A stretch of DNA of 60,740 nucleotides from a virus (taxonomy: Duplodnaviria > Caudoviricetes): positions 1-60,740 of the IMG/VR virus record IMGVR_UViG_3300046004_001107; one strand, 5' to 3'. Under the pieces are notes generated by a model. That model was not told the DNA's origin and searched no databases. It saw only the letters and a program-made list of their open reading frames with translations. Both the position numbers and the translations under genes were made by a program. Of the stretch, positions 18,139-28,621 are shown piece after piece. How positions within the stretch are numbered: the stretch's first letter is position 1; the number at the start of each line of letters is the position of its first letter.

Positions 18139-21100
18139 ATGGGAGTAATATACAATTCATTTAAACAAGAGCCTTTTGAGCCAACTCACATAACTGCATG
18201 GGGAAAAATAGGTGGAATTACTAGCTGGGCAACAAGTGTCGCGCCGTCAGTGTCAGATATTGATATTAAATTATCACAGAGACAAAGGTTTTTTGAACCT
18301 TTATTTTCTATGTGGACCAATGGTCCTCGACCTATAACAAATCCTTCAAATCGTAGAACCAATATATCTATTTCTACTGCGTGTTTTAACAATTTAGCAG
18401 TTTTTAATGAAATTGGATATGGTATTGGTAATAAAATATATGGGAATTTGAGTTATTATGAAGTAGATCCTATTTTTCCTTTTCTACCAGAATATTATGA
18501 AATGACTTTAAATGGTAGTGAAATATTTGAAGAAGTTGCTCGTCCAACTATATTTTATCAACAAGATAATTTAAAATATATTAATGAAAATATAATGGCA
18601 TGTGGATCTAATCATGTTTTGGTTATGTATACTAATTTAAACGGTAGTACATTATATGCTTGGGGAAAAAATGGTAGCAAACAATGTAATATTCCAACAA
18701 CTTTAAATGTATCAAATGTTAAAATGGTTACTGCTGGGAATAGACATTCTGTTGCTTTAGAAAATAATGGAAATATAACTGTATGGGGATTAACGTCATC
18801 TGGGCAAAATAATATACCAGTTGGTATAACTGCAGATTATGTTACTAGTGGATTAAATCATATACTTGCTTTAAGTAAAGATGGTACCGTATATGCATGG
18901 GGTGATAACTTTTATGGACAAGCTACTGTACCTTTTGGTTTGACAGGATGTATTGCAATAGGTGCTGGACATAAACACTCTATGGCAATAAGAGAAAATG
19001 GTTCTGTTGTTTGTTGGGGTATGAATGATAATGGTCAATGTAATGTTCCCGTTAGTGTTGGTACAGGTGGATTGCAGATTGCAGGGGGATTAGAACATAC
19101 TGCACTACTAAAAAAAGATGGAACAGTAATATGTTGGGGGAATAATACTTATAGACAAGCAAGTATACCCGGATTTCCTGATTCATTAGCATTATCAAAT
19201 TTTGTTATGGACGAAACTTTAAGAATGTCATATCCAACAGTAGGTGTTCCGGGTTCGACAAAAAAAGTTTTTTGTACAAAATATGGAACTATTGCTTTAT
19301 GTACTGCTAGAAAAACTATAAACGAAATATATTCATCTATATATGAATCTTTTCAAACAAGATCACTAATACCAAATCCTAACTTAGGAGAGCCAAAATA
19401 TGTACCCGGTCCAATGATAGGAAATCAAACAGCAAATATGACTCTATGGGGTATAACTAATTCACAGGCTTTACATGGTCTATCATTTTGGGGTAGGCAT
19501 ATGGGATATAATCCAATTAGACATGATTACTACGAATATCCAAGTGAAATAGTAAATCCCACGGATTCCGTTTTACCAACAGGTATAAACACAGCTTGGT
19601 GGAAAACCAGTGGTGATAAAAAATTAGATAAATGTTGGATTGCTGGGTATCAAAGTACACCTTATACTGTTATTGATGGTATTAGTTATTATATAAAAGC
19701 ATATGACAGTTTTTCTCCTCCAGATTTAAGTGGATGTTCTATCAGAGCAAGATCTTTTGGTAAACCATGGATCAATCCTGTTCCGGATTTAATTAATATT
19801 CAAGTAAATACTCCATTTCCCGCTAGTGCCCAAGGGTTCGAACCAACAGCAGGAAATGTAGGAAGTGATAGATTTGGTACTGCAAGATATCATAGTTTTA
19901 TAAATGGTGTACCAAATAATTGGAATCTTTGGAATTCTGGTTTTTGGACAAATATTTTAATTACCAAAAAACATGCATTGGCAGTTAAACATTTTGCGGG
20001 ACCAAATAATATATTATATAACGTACAGTGGATAAGAAGAGATGGAGTAATAGTTACAAGAACCCTAACTAGAATTCACACATTTGAAGATTGGAGATAT
20101 CCCACCCCAGGTGCTTCAAACGGATCATTAATAGATCCTGTAGATTTGTATTTATATGAATTGGATTCAGAATTAACACAAGATGATTTAAATAATATGA
20201 GTGTTTATAATGTCTGGCCCACAGTGTCTGGGTTTACTGGTGCTAAATTAATTGATACACAAGCATATATCCGTAAAGGTTTTACAGGAGAACGTGATAA
20301 TATTAATTATAATGATGCTAAGTTTATGTCACAAGTTGGTAGAAAAGTATATGCATTAGATGGTCAAGATAGAGTATATTGTAAAAGAATTTCAAAAGTT
20401 ATGGATTTAACAAATCCAACTCAATTCCGATCTTCGTTACCACTTTCCTATGCTAGAAGTGAAATTTTTATATCACATAAATTTTCTTTAATTGAGCCAT
20501 TTCCCCATAATATGGAACCAGATAATATTGCATGTAGTCTACATGTGGGTGATAGTGGAACACCATATTTTATAACTGGATCAGCTGCTAACTTAAATAC
20601 TACAACCGGGGCACAGGCAGAATATTTTGTAGGACAAGGAATTACTGTTGGCAGAACTATGTTTCTAGGAACTTTAGAAATGAATCATATTTTTACAACA
20701 GACTTTACAGATAAATTAAATAATCTATTGTTAACAAGAGGATTGAATATAGAAGAATGTATTAGCCGTGCAGAAATTGATATAGATGGTCCGGGTTTCT
20801 TATGGGCTGTACCAGTTGCTGGTGGAATAACATCTGATGTTGGATTAATTCCAGATTATAGTGGTGCAAATAATTATCTTTCATCTTCGTTATTTTCTTC
20901 TGAACTAAGCCCTTTACAAACTACAAGTTTTTATGGTTCAGCAACAGTTACAAACTGGGATAGTACTAAAAAATTACTAACAGTAAAAGGTGTTACTGGT
21001 AGTGTCGTAACTCCCGGAGGATCTACCGGGTATTCTTTAATAAATACAAATGAAGATAGAAGTAAGACATTATATACTAATTCACATCCATATGTTATTG

Positions 21101-21195
21101 CTTTGAATAATAATTTAGGAACTACTGCCGGAATAAATGATGTTATAGATGATGAAGCAATATTATTTAATATTGATAAAAATGAACCATGCTAA
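18139..21195 (+). CDS. RCC1/BLIP-II repeat protein with trypsin-like domain and gp14-like C-terminus
   Basis: Repeats AG.xHS.A..xGxVxxWGxNxxGQ (about 18595-19165); ITKKHALAVKH...DLYLYEL...GDSGTP. Confidence 0.7.
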   Translation: MGVIYNSFKQEPFEPTHITAWGKIGGITSWATSVAPSVSDIDIKLSQRQRFFEPLFSMWTNGPRPITNPSNRRTNISISTACFNNLAVFNEIGYGIGNKIYGNLSYYEVDPIFPFLPEYYEMTLNGSEIFEEVARPTIFYQQDNLKYINENIMACGSNHVLVMYTNLNGSTLYAWGKNGSKQCNIPTTLNVSNVKMVTAGNRHSVALENNGNITVWGLTSSGQNNIPVGITADYVTSGLNHILALSKDGTVYAWGDNFYGQATVPFGLTGCIAIGAGHKHSMAIRENGSVVCWGMNDNGQCNVPVSVGTGGLQIAGGLEHTALLKKDGTVICWGNNTYRQASIPGFPDSLALSNFVMDETLRMSYPTVGVPGSTKKVFCTKYGTIALCTARKTINEIYSSIYESFQTRSLIPNPNLGEPKYVPGPMIGNQTANMTLWGITNSQALHGLSFWGRHMGYNPIRHDYYEYPSEIVNPTDSVLPTGINTAWWKTSGDKKLDKCWIAGYQSTPYTVIDGISYYIKAYDSFSPPDLSGCSIRARSFGKPWINPVPDLINIQVNTPFPASAQGFEPTAGNVGSDRFGTARYHSFINGVPNNWNLWNSGFWTNILITKKHALAVKHFAGPNNILYNVQWIRRDGVIVTRTLTRIHTFEDWRYPTPGASNGSLIDPVDLYLYELDSELTQDDLNNMSVYNVWPTVSGFTGAKLIDTQAYIRKGFTGERDNINYNDAKFMSQVGRKVYALDGQDRVYCKRISKVMDLTNPTQFRSSLPLSYARSEIFISHKFSLIEPFPHNMEPDNIACSLHVGDSGTPYFITGSAANLNTTTGAQAEYFVGQGITVGRTMFLGTLEMNHIFTTDFTDKLNNLLLTRGLNIEECISRAEIDIDGPGFLWAVPVAGGITSDVGLIPDYSGANNYLSSSLFSSELSPLQTTSFYGSATVTNWDSTKKLLTVKGVTGSVVTPGGSTGYSLINTNEDRSKTLYTNSHPYVIALNNNLGTTAGINDVIDDEAILFNIDKNEPC

Positions 21196-21206
21196 TAGGA
21201 AATTAA

Positions 21207-21890
21207 ATGTTTAATTACTTCTATAATCAAAATTTAAGAAAATTAGTAGTTGGATTTGGATCATTGTTTAGCAATATCAATGTTCAACATGACAATCCTG
21301 AAGATACTGTTTCTCCATTAATAATTCGTGTTCCAATTACATATGCTCCACAAGAAAAATTTATTAGACGCTTGTTAGAAACATCTTCTATTAATGATGG
21401 TACCCGCATTGAAAATCAATTACCTAGATTAAGTTATATGATGTCATCAGTTACACCTGATCCATCTAGAAGAAGAAATAAATCAAATACCAGTAAAACA
21501 ATGGTAGGTTCGCCTGGGAATTGTACTGGGTCTAGTGCAAATTTTATTACAGAAGAAGTTCCAGTTAATGTTTCTTTTTCATTATTTGTCTATACGAGAC
21601 ATTTAGATGATACGTTACAAATTGTAGAACAAATTATTCCATATTTCAATCCAGATCATATTATAACAATTGACATGAATAGTGCACAAAGTGATGTTAG
21701 AATTCCTATAACTATGCTAAGTAATAATATAAGTGAACGATATGATGGTGATTTTGGAAACCGTAGAGTAAATATTTCAAGTTTTAGTTTTGTTGCCAAA
21801 TCATATATCTTTGGTAAGATTGAAACACAGAATGTAATTTCATCTGTAGGTCCTCCAGGAATATCATTTGATTTAAATTGGAATTATTAA
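21207..21890 (+). CDS. gp15: tail sheath stabiliser/terminator
   Basis: YFYNQNLRKLVVGFGSLFSNI, RVPITYAPQEKF, LPRLSY, QIVEQIIPYFNP. Confidence 0.92.
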   Translation: MFNYFYNQNLRKLVVGFGSLFSNINVQHDNPEDTVSPLIIRVPITYAPQEKFIRRLLETSSINDGTRIENQLPRLSYMMSSVTPDPSRRRNKSNTSKTMVGSPGNCTGSSANFITEEVPVNVSFSLFVYTRHLDDTLQIVEQIIPYFNPDHIITIDMNSAQSDVRIPITMLSNNISERYDGDFGNRRVNISSFSFVAKSYIFGKIETQNVISSVGPPGISFDLNWNY

Positions 21891-21899
21891 TAATATTGA

Positions 21900-22355
21900 T
21901 TGAGTGATATGAATATAAATAAAAATCTGTCTAATTTTTTTAATGTTTCCGAACCTCAGGAAAAACCAATAGTAGAAAAAAATACTACTGGTGGTACTTT
22001 TGATAATAACAATTTTCAAAAGGATTATGAATTAGCACAGTCCAATTATAAAGATTTATTAGGTTCGGGTACTATAGCACTTGAAAGTGCTCTTAAAGTT
22101 GCAACTGAATCAGATTCTCCACGAGCATTTGAAGTTGTTGCAATTTTACTTAAAACTATGTCTGATTTAAATAACAATATGTTAGATATACATAAAAAAG
22201 CTAAAGATACTACTTCACAAAAAGTTCAATTGAATCAAACCAATAATTCAGTATTTGTTGGTTCTACAAAAGATCTTCAAAATTTATTAAATAAAGATCG
22301 TAGTACTGAAAAACTTATAGAAGCTGAAATAGTAAATAAAGATGAGCTTAAATAA
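21900..22355 (+). CDS. gp16: terminase small subunit
   Basis: KDYELAQSNY, ESDSPRAFEV, TNNSVFVGSTKDLQ; start may be ATG 21909. Confidence 0.92.
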   Translation: MSDMNINKNLSNFFNVSEPQEKPIVEKNTTGGTFDNNNFQKDYELAQSNYKDLLGSGTIALESALKVATESDSPRAFEVVAILLKTMSDLNNNMLDIHKKAKDTTSQKVQLNQTNNSVFVGSTKDLQNLLNKDRSTEKLIEAEIVNKDELK

Positions 22356-23997
22356 TAAAAATCAAGGGTATAGAAATAACCCAAAACTAAAACCTCCTGG
22401 TATAGAATTACAATATACTAAAGAGCAATTAGATGAATATATAAAGTGTGCTAAAGACCCTGTATATTTTTGTACCAAATATGTAAAAGTCAAAACACTT
22501 GATAAAGGTATTATGCCTTTTAAGTTATATGATTACCAGGAAAAATTTGTTCAATCCATTCATGATAATAGATTCACTATCTCTAAATGGCCTCGCCAGT
22601 CCGGTAAATCAACTTCAGTTATTGGTTATATTGCTCATTACGTTACATTTAATCAATCTGTCAGTTGTGCTATTCTTGCCAATAAATTGAAGACAGCAAA
22701 AGATGAATTATTTGCCAAACTTCAATTAGCATATGAAAATCTACCACATTTTCTACAACAGGGAGTAGTAGAATGGAATAAGACGAGTTTTAAATTAGAA
22801 AACGGGTCTAGAGTGGTTTGTGATGCAACATCGTCCTCAGCGATCCGTGGTGGCTCGTATAACCTATTGTTGTTAGATGAGTATGCCTTCTTACCGTCAC
22901 ATATTGCAGAAGAATTCTATTCTTCAACCTATCCGACCATTTCAGCTGGTTTAACTACCAAATTAATAATTGTTTCTACTCCAAATGGTATGAACCATTT
23001 TCATAAACTTTGGGTAGATGCTAACCGCCCAGCTGGTCATAAACTTAAAAATAGATTTGTACCTATTGAAGTTGATTGGACTCAGGTTCCCATTACTCCA
23101 GGTGGACCACGAAGAAATGCTGAATGGGCAGAAGAGCAGATTGCAAACACAAGCCAAGAACAGTTTAACCAGGAATATGGTTGTAGTTTCTTGGGATCTT
23201 CTAATACTTTAATCTCATCAACAAAATTAAATTTATTAGCAGCAGAAGAATTTTTATCTGAAAATGCAGAAGGTTTACGAATTTTTGAAGAACCTATAAA
23301 AGATAAAATATACTTTTTACAAGCAGATGTATCAAGAGGACAGGGTGCTGATTATTCTGCATTTTCAGTTATAGAAGGGTCTGAGAGTCCTTATAAAGTT
23401 GTTGCCACATATAAAAATAATACCATTAGTCCTTTTAATTTTCCTCAATTAATAAAATCTGCTGGTGAAAAATATAACAATGCTTATGTATTGATTGAAA
23501 CCAATGATTTGGGAGCCCAAGTTTCTCATGTACTGTACAATGAACTTGGCTATGAAAATTTACTTATGACAAAAGTTATGGGTAGAAAAGGTCAGGTTCT
23601 ATCTCAAGGATTTGGGGGAGTTGGAAAAAATGAAATGGGAATTCGCACCACAGCACAAACCAAAAAGCTCGGATGTGCAATATTAAAACGTTTGGTAGAA
23701 GAAGATAAACTTTTATTAAATGATGATAGAATTATTCAAGAATTGATGTCATTTATTTCTCGATCTAATACATATAAAGCAGAAGAAGGTCAACATGATG
23801 ATTTGGTTATGACCTTAGTCTTCTTTTCTTGGCTATCTAGACAGGAATATTATAACGATTTGATTGAAAGTGCTAAATTTTCCTATGCTAAACCTGAAAA
23901 TGTAAATGACGATAATGTGCTTTTTATGGAAAATAGTGAGCGTGCAGATGATAAAGAACAATTTTCAGATGGTGAGGTAATTTGGTATCCTATTTAA
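22342..23997 (+). CDS. gp17: terminase large subunit
   Basis: Walker A PRQSGKS, Walker B LLLDEYAF, STPNG, ADVSRG, HDDLVM. Confidence 0.97.
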   Translation: MSLNNKNQGYRNNPKLKPPGIELQYTKEQLDEYIKCAKDPVYFCTKYVKVKTLDKGIMPFKLYDYQEKFVQSIHDNRFTISKWPRQSGKSTSVIGYIAHYVTFNQSVSCAILANKLKTAKDELFAKLQLAYENLPHFLQQGVVEWNKTSFKLENGSRVVCDATSSSAIRGGSYNLLLLDEYAFLPSHIAEEFYSSTYPTISAGLTTKLIIVSTPNGMNHFHKLWVDANRPAGHKLKNRFVPIEVDWTQVPITPGGPRRNAEWAEEQIANTSQEQFNQEYGCSFLGSSNTLISSTKLNLLAAEEFLSENAEGLRIFEEPIKDKIYFLQADVSRGQGADYSAFSVIEGSESPYKVVATYKNNTISPFNFPQLIKSAGEKYNNAYVLIETNDLGAQVSHVLYNELGYENLLMTKVMGRKGQVLSQGFGGVGKNEMGIRTTAQTKKLGCAILKRLVEEDKLLLNDDRIIQELMSFISRSNTYKAEEGQHDDLVMTLVFFSWLSRQEYYNDLIESAKFSYAKPENVNDDNVLFMENSERADDKEQFSDGEVIWYPI

Positions 23998-24003
23998 AAA
24001 AAG

Positions 24004-24011
24004 TATAAATA
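24004..24011 (+). promoter_or_regulatory. late promoter
   Basis: TATAAATA before the sheath gene. Confidence 0.65.
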
Positions 24012-24033
24012 TTTCTAATAGATAAGGTACCCT

Positions 24034-25344
24034 ATGCCCAACGCAATTCCGACTTTAGGATCATTTTTAAATTCAAGCCAATATAATACCAATTTAACTT
24101 CTGGTAATCCATTGGAAGCCGCAATTGTAGCTGGCTCGACATTTAATCTTCCCGCATTTACAAGTACGGTACCAGGTGGCGTTGGATCAGCAGAAAAAGA
24201 TCCCGGTGGATTATTTGGTTGGTTGATATATGCAAGAAATTATAAATCAACACCAATTTTAGGAAGTACTTCTGATCAATATATTGTTTATAATAATCCA
24301 GGATCTTTTGTTGGAGATTTAAATAAACTTTCGGGTGTTACAAATGCTCTTGTAGCGTTTACTGGGAGTGGTGGTACTTGGGGTTTGTTTCAACAAACTA
24401 ATACAACAACTATCACAACAAGAAAACCACAAGGAAATGATTTCTTACATTGTATGCATTATCTTGCTTACGGTGGTAAATTGGTTATCAGTGGCACAAC
24501 TTCTGGTTTAGAAGCATACGAAACTGCTAATAATACAAGTCTTGAAGTACTTATTGGAAATACTGCTAATGGAGATCTAGCAAAATATATTGAAAATAAA
24601 CCAGCTATGATTGGAATATTTCCATCAGGTAATGATGGAAATGGTATTACAGCTGCAGATTTTGCAGCATATTTTAGTACTCCAGCAAATGTCAATTTTA
24701 TATCTGGAGCCACAGTTGCTGATAGAATCTTTAACATTTATGGAGTTAATGGAACTACATACTCTGCAACAACTTTATCAACTGGAACCGAATTAAATTA
24801 TCAAATTCCAGCTGTAGCAGATGTTGCTGGTGCATTTAATTCAGCAAAAAATTTAGATCAAATATTTTTAACTGTGGGTGGTTTAGATCGATCTACTGTT
24901 CTTAATAGAGGTATTATAAATTCAATTAATTGGAGTGATACAATAAAAACAACACTAAGAACAAATCGTGTTAATTTTTATGTAAATTATACTCCTAAAT
25001 TCTTAGGTTCTGATTTAGTTGGTGCTACTGGATCTACTTCTGCTGTTACTGTTTCTGAAAGGTTTGGAGCAGCATATTTAAAAAGAATTTTAACTCAACA
25101 AGTAACTAACATTGGAATTAAATATCTTTTTGAATTAAATATTCAATCAACAAGAGATTCTGTTATATCTGAAGTAACTAGTATTTTAGATCAATATTCT
25201 TATGCAATGGTAAGGTCTGCAGCACAAGTTATATGTGATTCATCAAATAATACCGATTATGCTACTACATTAAATATTAGTTTAATCATACAACCACTGT
25301 TAGGTGTTGATCAGTTTGTAATAAATGTAACACTAACGAGTTAA
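24034..25344 (+). CDS. gp18: divergent, shortened tail sheath protein
   Basis: Between gp17 and tube genes; C-terminal LRTNRVNF, KYLFELN..TRD, VICDSSNNT..IIQP. Confidence 0.7.
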   Translation: MPNAIPTLGSFLNSSQYNTNLTSGNPLEAAIVAGSTFNLPAFTSTVPGGVGSAEKDPGGLFGWLIYARNYKSTPILGSTSDQYIVYNNPGSFVGDLNKLSGVTNALVAFTGSGGTWGLFQQTNTTTITTRKPQGNDFLHCMHYLAYGGKLVISGTTSGLEAYETANNTSLEVLIGNTANGDLAKYIENKPAMIGIFPSGNDGNGITAADFAAYFSTPANVNFISGATVADRIFNIYGVNGTTYSATTLSTGTELNYQIPAVADVAGAFNSAKNLDQIFLTVGGLDRSTVLNRGIINSINWSDTIKTTLRTNRVNFYVNYTPKFLGSDLVGATGSTSAVTVSERFGAAYLKRILTQQVTNIGIKYLFELNIQSTRDSVISEVTSILDQYSYAMVRSAAQVICDSSNNTDYATTLNISLIIQPLLGVDQFVINVTLTS

Positions 25345-25349
25345 CATAA

Positions 25350-25886
25350 ATGGCCAATAATTCAATATTAGATTTTAAAAATGGATTTAATGGTGGTACC
25401 CGAGCTAACCGCTTTCAAGTAAATGGTTTTTGGCCATCTGGAGTACTTAGACCCAATAATAAAGATCTTAATGTTAAAATATTTGCATCATCTTTTCCAA
25501 GATCAGAAGTGGGAACTATTTCTATACCTTATCGAGGAAGAGCATACTACTTACCAGGAGATCGTCAATATCCTAATTGGTCTGTAGACGTGTTTGATGA
25601 TAGTGGGGATAGAAATATATGGAGAGCCTTTAATAAGTGGAAAGAACTATTAGACGGTCACCAAACCCATAGAGTATATAATAATGACTATGCTTATAAT
25701 AATTTGCAAACTACATGGAATATTCAACAACTTGATTTAAATGGAAACCAACTTAGAAAAATTATTTTATATAAATGTTGGCCAAGTGAAATTGGAGCTT
25801 TAACAATGGATATGGGTTCGACTGAACCTTCCGTATTTCGTGTTACTTTAACCTTTGATTACTTAAACATTGTAAATATAAACTAA
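25350..25886 (+). CDS. gp19: tail tube protein
   Basis: FKNGFNGGTRANRF, IPYRGR..PGDRQY..WSV, QLDLNG, CWPSEIG. Confidence 0.88.
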   Translation: MANNSILDFKNGFNGGTRANRFQVNGFWPSGVLRPNNKDLNVKIFASSFPRSEVGTISIPYRGRAYYLPGDRQYPNWSVDVFDDSGDRNIWRAFNKWKELLDGHQTHRVYNNDYAYNNLQTTWNIQQLDLNGNQLRKIILYKCWPSEIGALTMDMGSTEPSVFRVTLTFDYLNIVNIN

Positions 25887-26416
25887 TGCTAAATGATTTT
25901 AAACAAAATTTCAAAGGTGGAGCCAGACTAAACAGATTTTTTGTTACAGGAAGTATTCCATTTTCTGGACAAAGTGCATCCAGATTTCATATACGTGCTT
26001 CTGCTATTCCACAGCTTCAAACACAGACTTTAAGTTATGATTATAGAGGTAGAAAATCACACTATCCAGGAGAAAAGCAATATCCTGTTTGGTCTATAAC
26101 TGTATTAGATGATAGTGCTCCTGGTGATCTATGGACTGGGTTTCAAAAATGGCAAAATGCTTTAAATAATCATGATGCTAATTCAGTAAATAATTCAGTT
26201 TTAAGACACCAAACACAAACTTTTAAATCTACTTGGACTATTAATCACATGAATCTAAATGGGGACGAAGATACACCATTGAAAAAAATTACTTTGTTTG
26301 GTTGCTGGCCCAAGGCTATTAATCCTATTAATTTTAATATGAATAGACCAAATGCTTTAAATGTGTTTGATGTTGTGATGGTTTACGACTACATAAATAT
26401 ACAGAACGTGACATAA
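25886..26416 (+). CDS. gp19: tail tube protein paralogue
   Basis: FKQNFKGGARLNRF, YRGRK..PGEKQYPVWSIT, GCWPKAI. Confidence 0.85.
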   Translation: MLNDFKQNFKGGARLNRFFVTGSIPFSGQSASRFHIRASAIPQLQTQTLSYDYRGRKSHYPGEKQYPVWSITVLDDSAPGDLWTGFQKWQNALNNHDANSVNNSVLRHQTQTFKSTWTINHMNLNGDEDTPLKKITLFGCWPKAINPINFNMNRPNALNVFDVVMVYDYINIQNVT

Positions 26417-26426
26417 AAAGGACTAC

Positions 26427-27998
26427 ATGGAACTTGACATTTTTGGATTTCAATTCGGTAAAAAAGAACCATCTAAACAAAAAAAAGAAGATAAGCTTCT
26501 TCAATCGTTTACGGTTCCCGAGATGTTTGATGGAACTGTAACTGTAGAAGCAGGGGGATTTTTTGGTACTGCTCTTGATTATGGTGTAAATCTTCGTGAT
26601 GAAAATACTTCTGTAATTCAATATAGAAATATGTCAGTTTTTCCAGAAATTGACAATGCTGTTGATGAAATTGTAAACGCATCAATTGTATTTGGTACAG
26701 ATCGTAAAGTTGTTAAAATTGATTTAAAAGAAGTACCTCTTCCAGAACCTATCAAAATAAAAATATATAAAGAATTTGATAGAGTAGTCCATTTGATGGA
26801 TTTTAACAATAAAGCGTATGAAATCTTTAGACGTTGGTATATTGACTCTCGTATTTTTTATAATATTGTAATTGATAGAGATTTACCGGGTGATGGTATT
26901 AAAGAAATTATTCCTATTGATCCTCTGAAAATTAAAAAAATAAGAAAAGTCAAGAAAGAAATGGAACGAGTAGAAAATCAATCTGTTTCTGTTGTGAAAG
27001 ATATTGAAGAATATTATCTTTATACGAATACAGAAAAAGATACATTTCTTTCAACTGGTCCCAGTGGTTTACATTTATCTATTGATAGTGTTGTTTATTG
27101 CCCATCTGGTATCGTAGACCTTAATACTAAAAGAGTATTGGGTTATCTCCATAAAGCAATTAGACCACTAAACATGCTTCGTCAACTCGAAGATGCTCTG
27201 TTAGTTTATCGTGTAGCACGTGCACCAGAACGCAGAGTATTTTATGTGGATGTTGGTCAATTACCAAAACAAAAAGCTGAACAGTATATGCGAGATATGA
27301 TGAGCAGATTTAGAAATAAGCTCACATATAACCAGTCTACCGGTGAAGTTCGTGATGAACGTAACCATCTATCGGTTCTAGAAGATTATTGGTTGCCACG
27401 TCGAGAAGGTTCAAGAGGAACCGAAATTACCACTCTTCCCGGTGGTAATGCCATGTCACAAATTGAAGACGTAGATTACTTTAAAAAGAAACTTTACGCA
27501 TCTTTAAATGTACCATTGAGTCGTTTAGCAGCTGATCAGTCTGGGTTTAATTTAGGTCGTTCTGTTGAAATTACACGTGAAGAAGTAAAATTCTATAAAT
27601 TTATTGAAAGAATTCGTCATCAATTTGTTAAGATGTTTTGTGATTTTTTACGTGTTCAATTGATTTTAAAAGGTGTTGTTACTGAAAGTGATTGGAATGA
27701 GTTAAAGAAAGATATTAAATTTGTATTTAATAGTGACAATTATTTCTGGGATCTAAAAGAAGCAGAAATTTTGGGTGAACGAATGAAAACTCTGTCTTTC
27801 ATAGAACCATATGTTGGTAAATATTTTTCAGTTGACTATGTAAGAACTAAGATTTTACGACAAACTGAAGAAGAGATTAAAGCAATTGATACTCAAATGG
27901 CAGCAGATAAACAGAAGTTACAGGCTGAACAGGCTGCACTTGCCGCACAACAACAACAATTAGGACTAGTACCTGATCAAGAAGAAGAACAAAAATGA
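26427..27998 (+). CDS. gp20: portal protein
   Basis: PEIDNAVDEIVN, FRRWYIDSR, YRVARAPERRVFYVDVG, EDYWLPRREG. Confidence 0.97.
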   Translation: MELDIFGFQFGKKEPSKQKKEDKLLQSFTVPEMFDGTVTVEAGGFFGTALDYGVNLRDENTSVIQYRNMSVFPEIDNAVDEIVNASIVFGTDRKVVKIDLKEVPLPEPIKIKIYKEFDRVVHLMDFNNKAYEIFRRWYIDSRIFYNIVIDRDLPGDGIKEIIPIDPLKIKKIRKVKKEMERVENQSVSVVKDIEEYYLYTNTEKDTFLSTGPSGLHLSIDSVVYCPSGIVDLNTKRVLGYLHKAIRPLNMLRQLEDALLVYRVARAPERRVFYVDVGQLPKQKAEQYMRDMMSRFRNKLTYNQSTGEVRDERNHLSVLEDYWLPRREGSRGTEITTLPGGNAMSQIEDVDYFKKKLYASLNVPLSRLAADQSGFNLGRSVEITREEVKFYKFIERIRHQFVKMFCDFLRVQLILKGVVTESDWNELKKDIKFVFNSDNYFWDLKEAEILGERMKTLSFIEPYVGKYFSVDYVRTKILRQTEEEIKAIDTQMAADKQKLQAEQAALAAQQQQLGLVPDQEEEQK

Positions 27999-28405
27999 CA
28001 GACATTTCCTATAAACTTTTAAAAAATGGTATTCAGGCTCTTTTAGAAAGAGAAGAGGATTATTTTAAAAAGAATATAGTTCAAAGTTTATCAATTAAAC
28101 TAAATGCTGCCATTTCTGGTGTTTTAGAAGAAACTAATAAAAATCTTTTTTTAACTCATGAATCAATAGAAAATTCTAAAGATCTTCAATATTTTTTAAA
28201 TATTCTAGAAACTAAAGATAAACTTCAACTAAAAGATGGAAGTATTATAAATATTACAGAAAATGATATTACTTCACTAAAACGATTGTTTGATAATTTG
28301 AATACAGAAAGTAGAAAACAAATGATAACTTCTATTTTTGAATCTTCAAATAATTTTAAACAACATATAGATTTTTACAATACCGCTAAAGGACTTTTCA
28401 GATGA
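27995..28405 (+). CDS. hypothetical protein in prohead-core position
   Basis: Between portal and protease; LKDGS..LFDNLN..M pattern. Confidence 0.5.
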   Translation: MTDISYKLLKNGIQALLEREEDYFKKNIVQSLSIKLNAAISGVLEETNKNLFLTHESIENSKDLQYFLNILETKDKLQLKDGSIINITENDITSLKRLFDNLNTESRKQMITSIFESSNNFKQHIDFYNTAKGLFR

Positions 28406-28596
28406 AAAATACAGTAAGAGAAATGATTAAAGATGTAATTGAAGAAAATGCCGTTTCATTTAAAGAAACGACATCACGAGTACTTTTAAATAAAGTTGGA
28501 AATGTTTTAAGTGAAAAGTATGTTGAAATTTCAAAAAAATTATTTGAAGAGATGGATGATCGTACTCCAGACGTTCAATGTATTCCTCCCCAATAA
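28402..28596 (+). CDS. small prohead core-like protein
   Basis: 64 aa, ATGA overlap, gp67/68 position. Confidence 0.45.
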   Translation: MKNTVREMIKDVIEENAVSFKETTSRVLLNKVGNVLSEKYVEISKKLFEEMDDRTPDVQCIPPQ

Positions 28597-28621
28597 TTTA
28601 TTTTAATAAAGAACCAAAACA

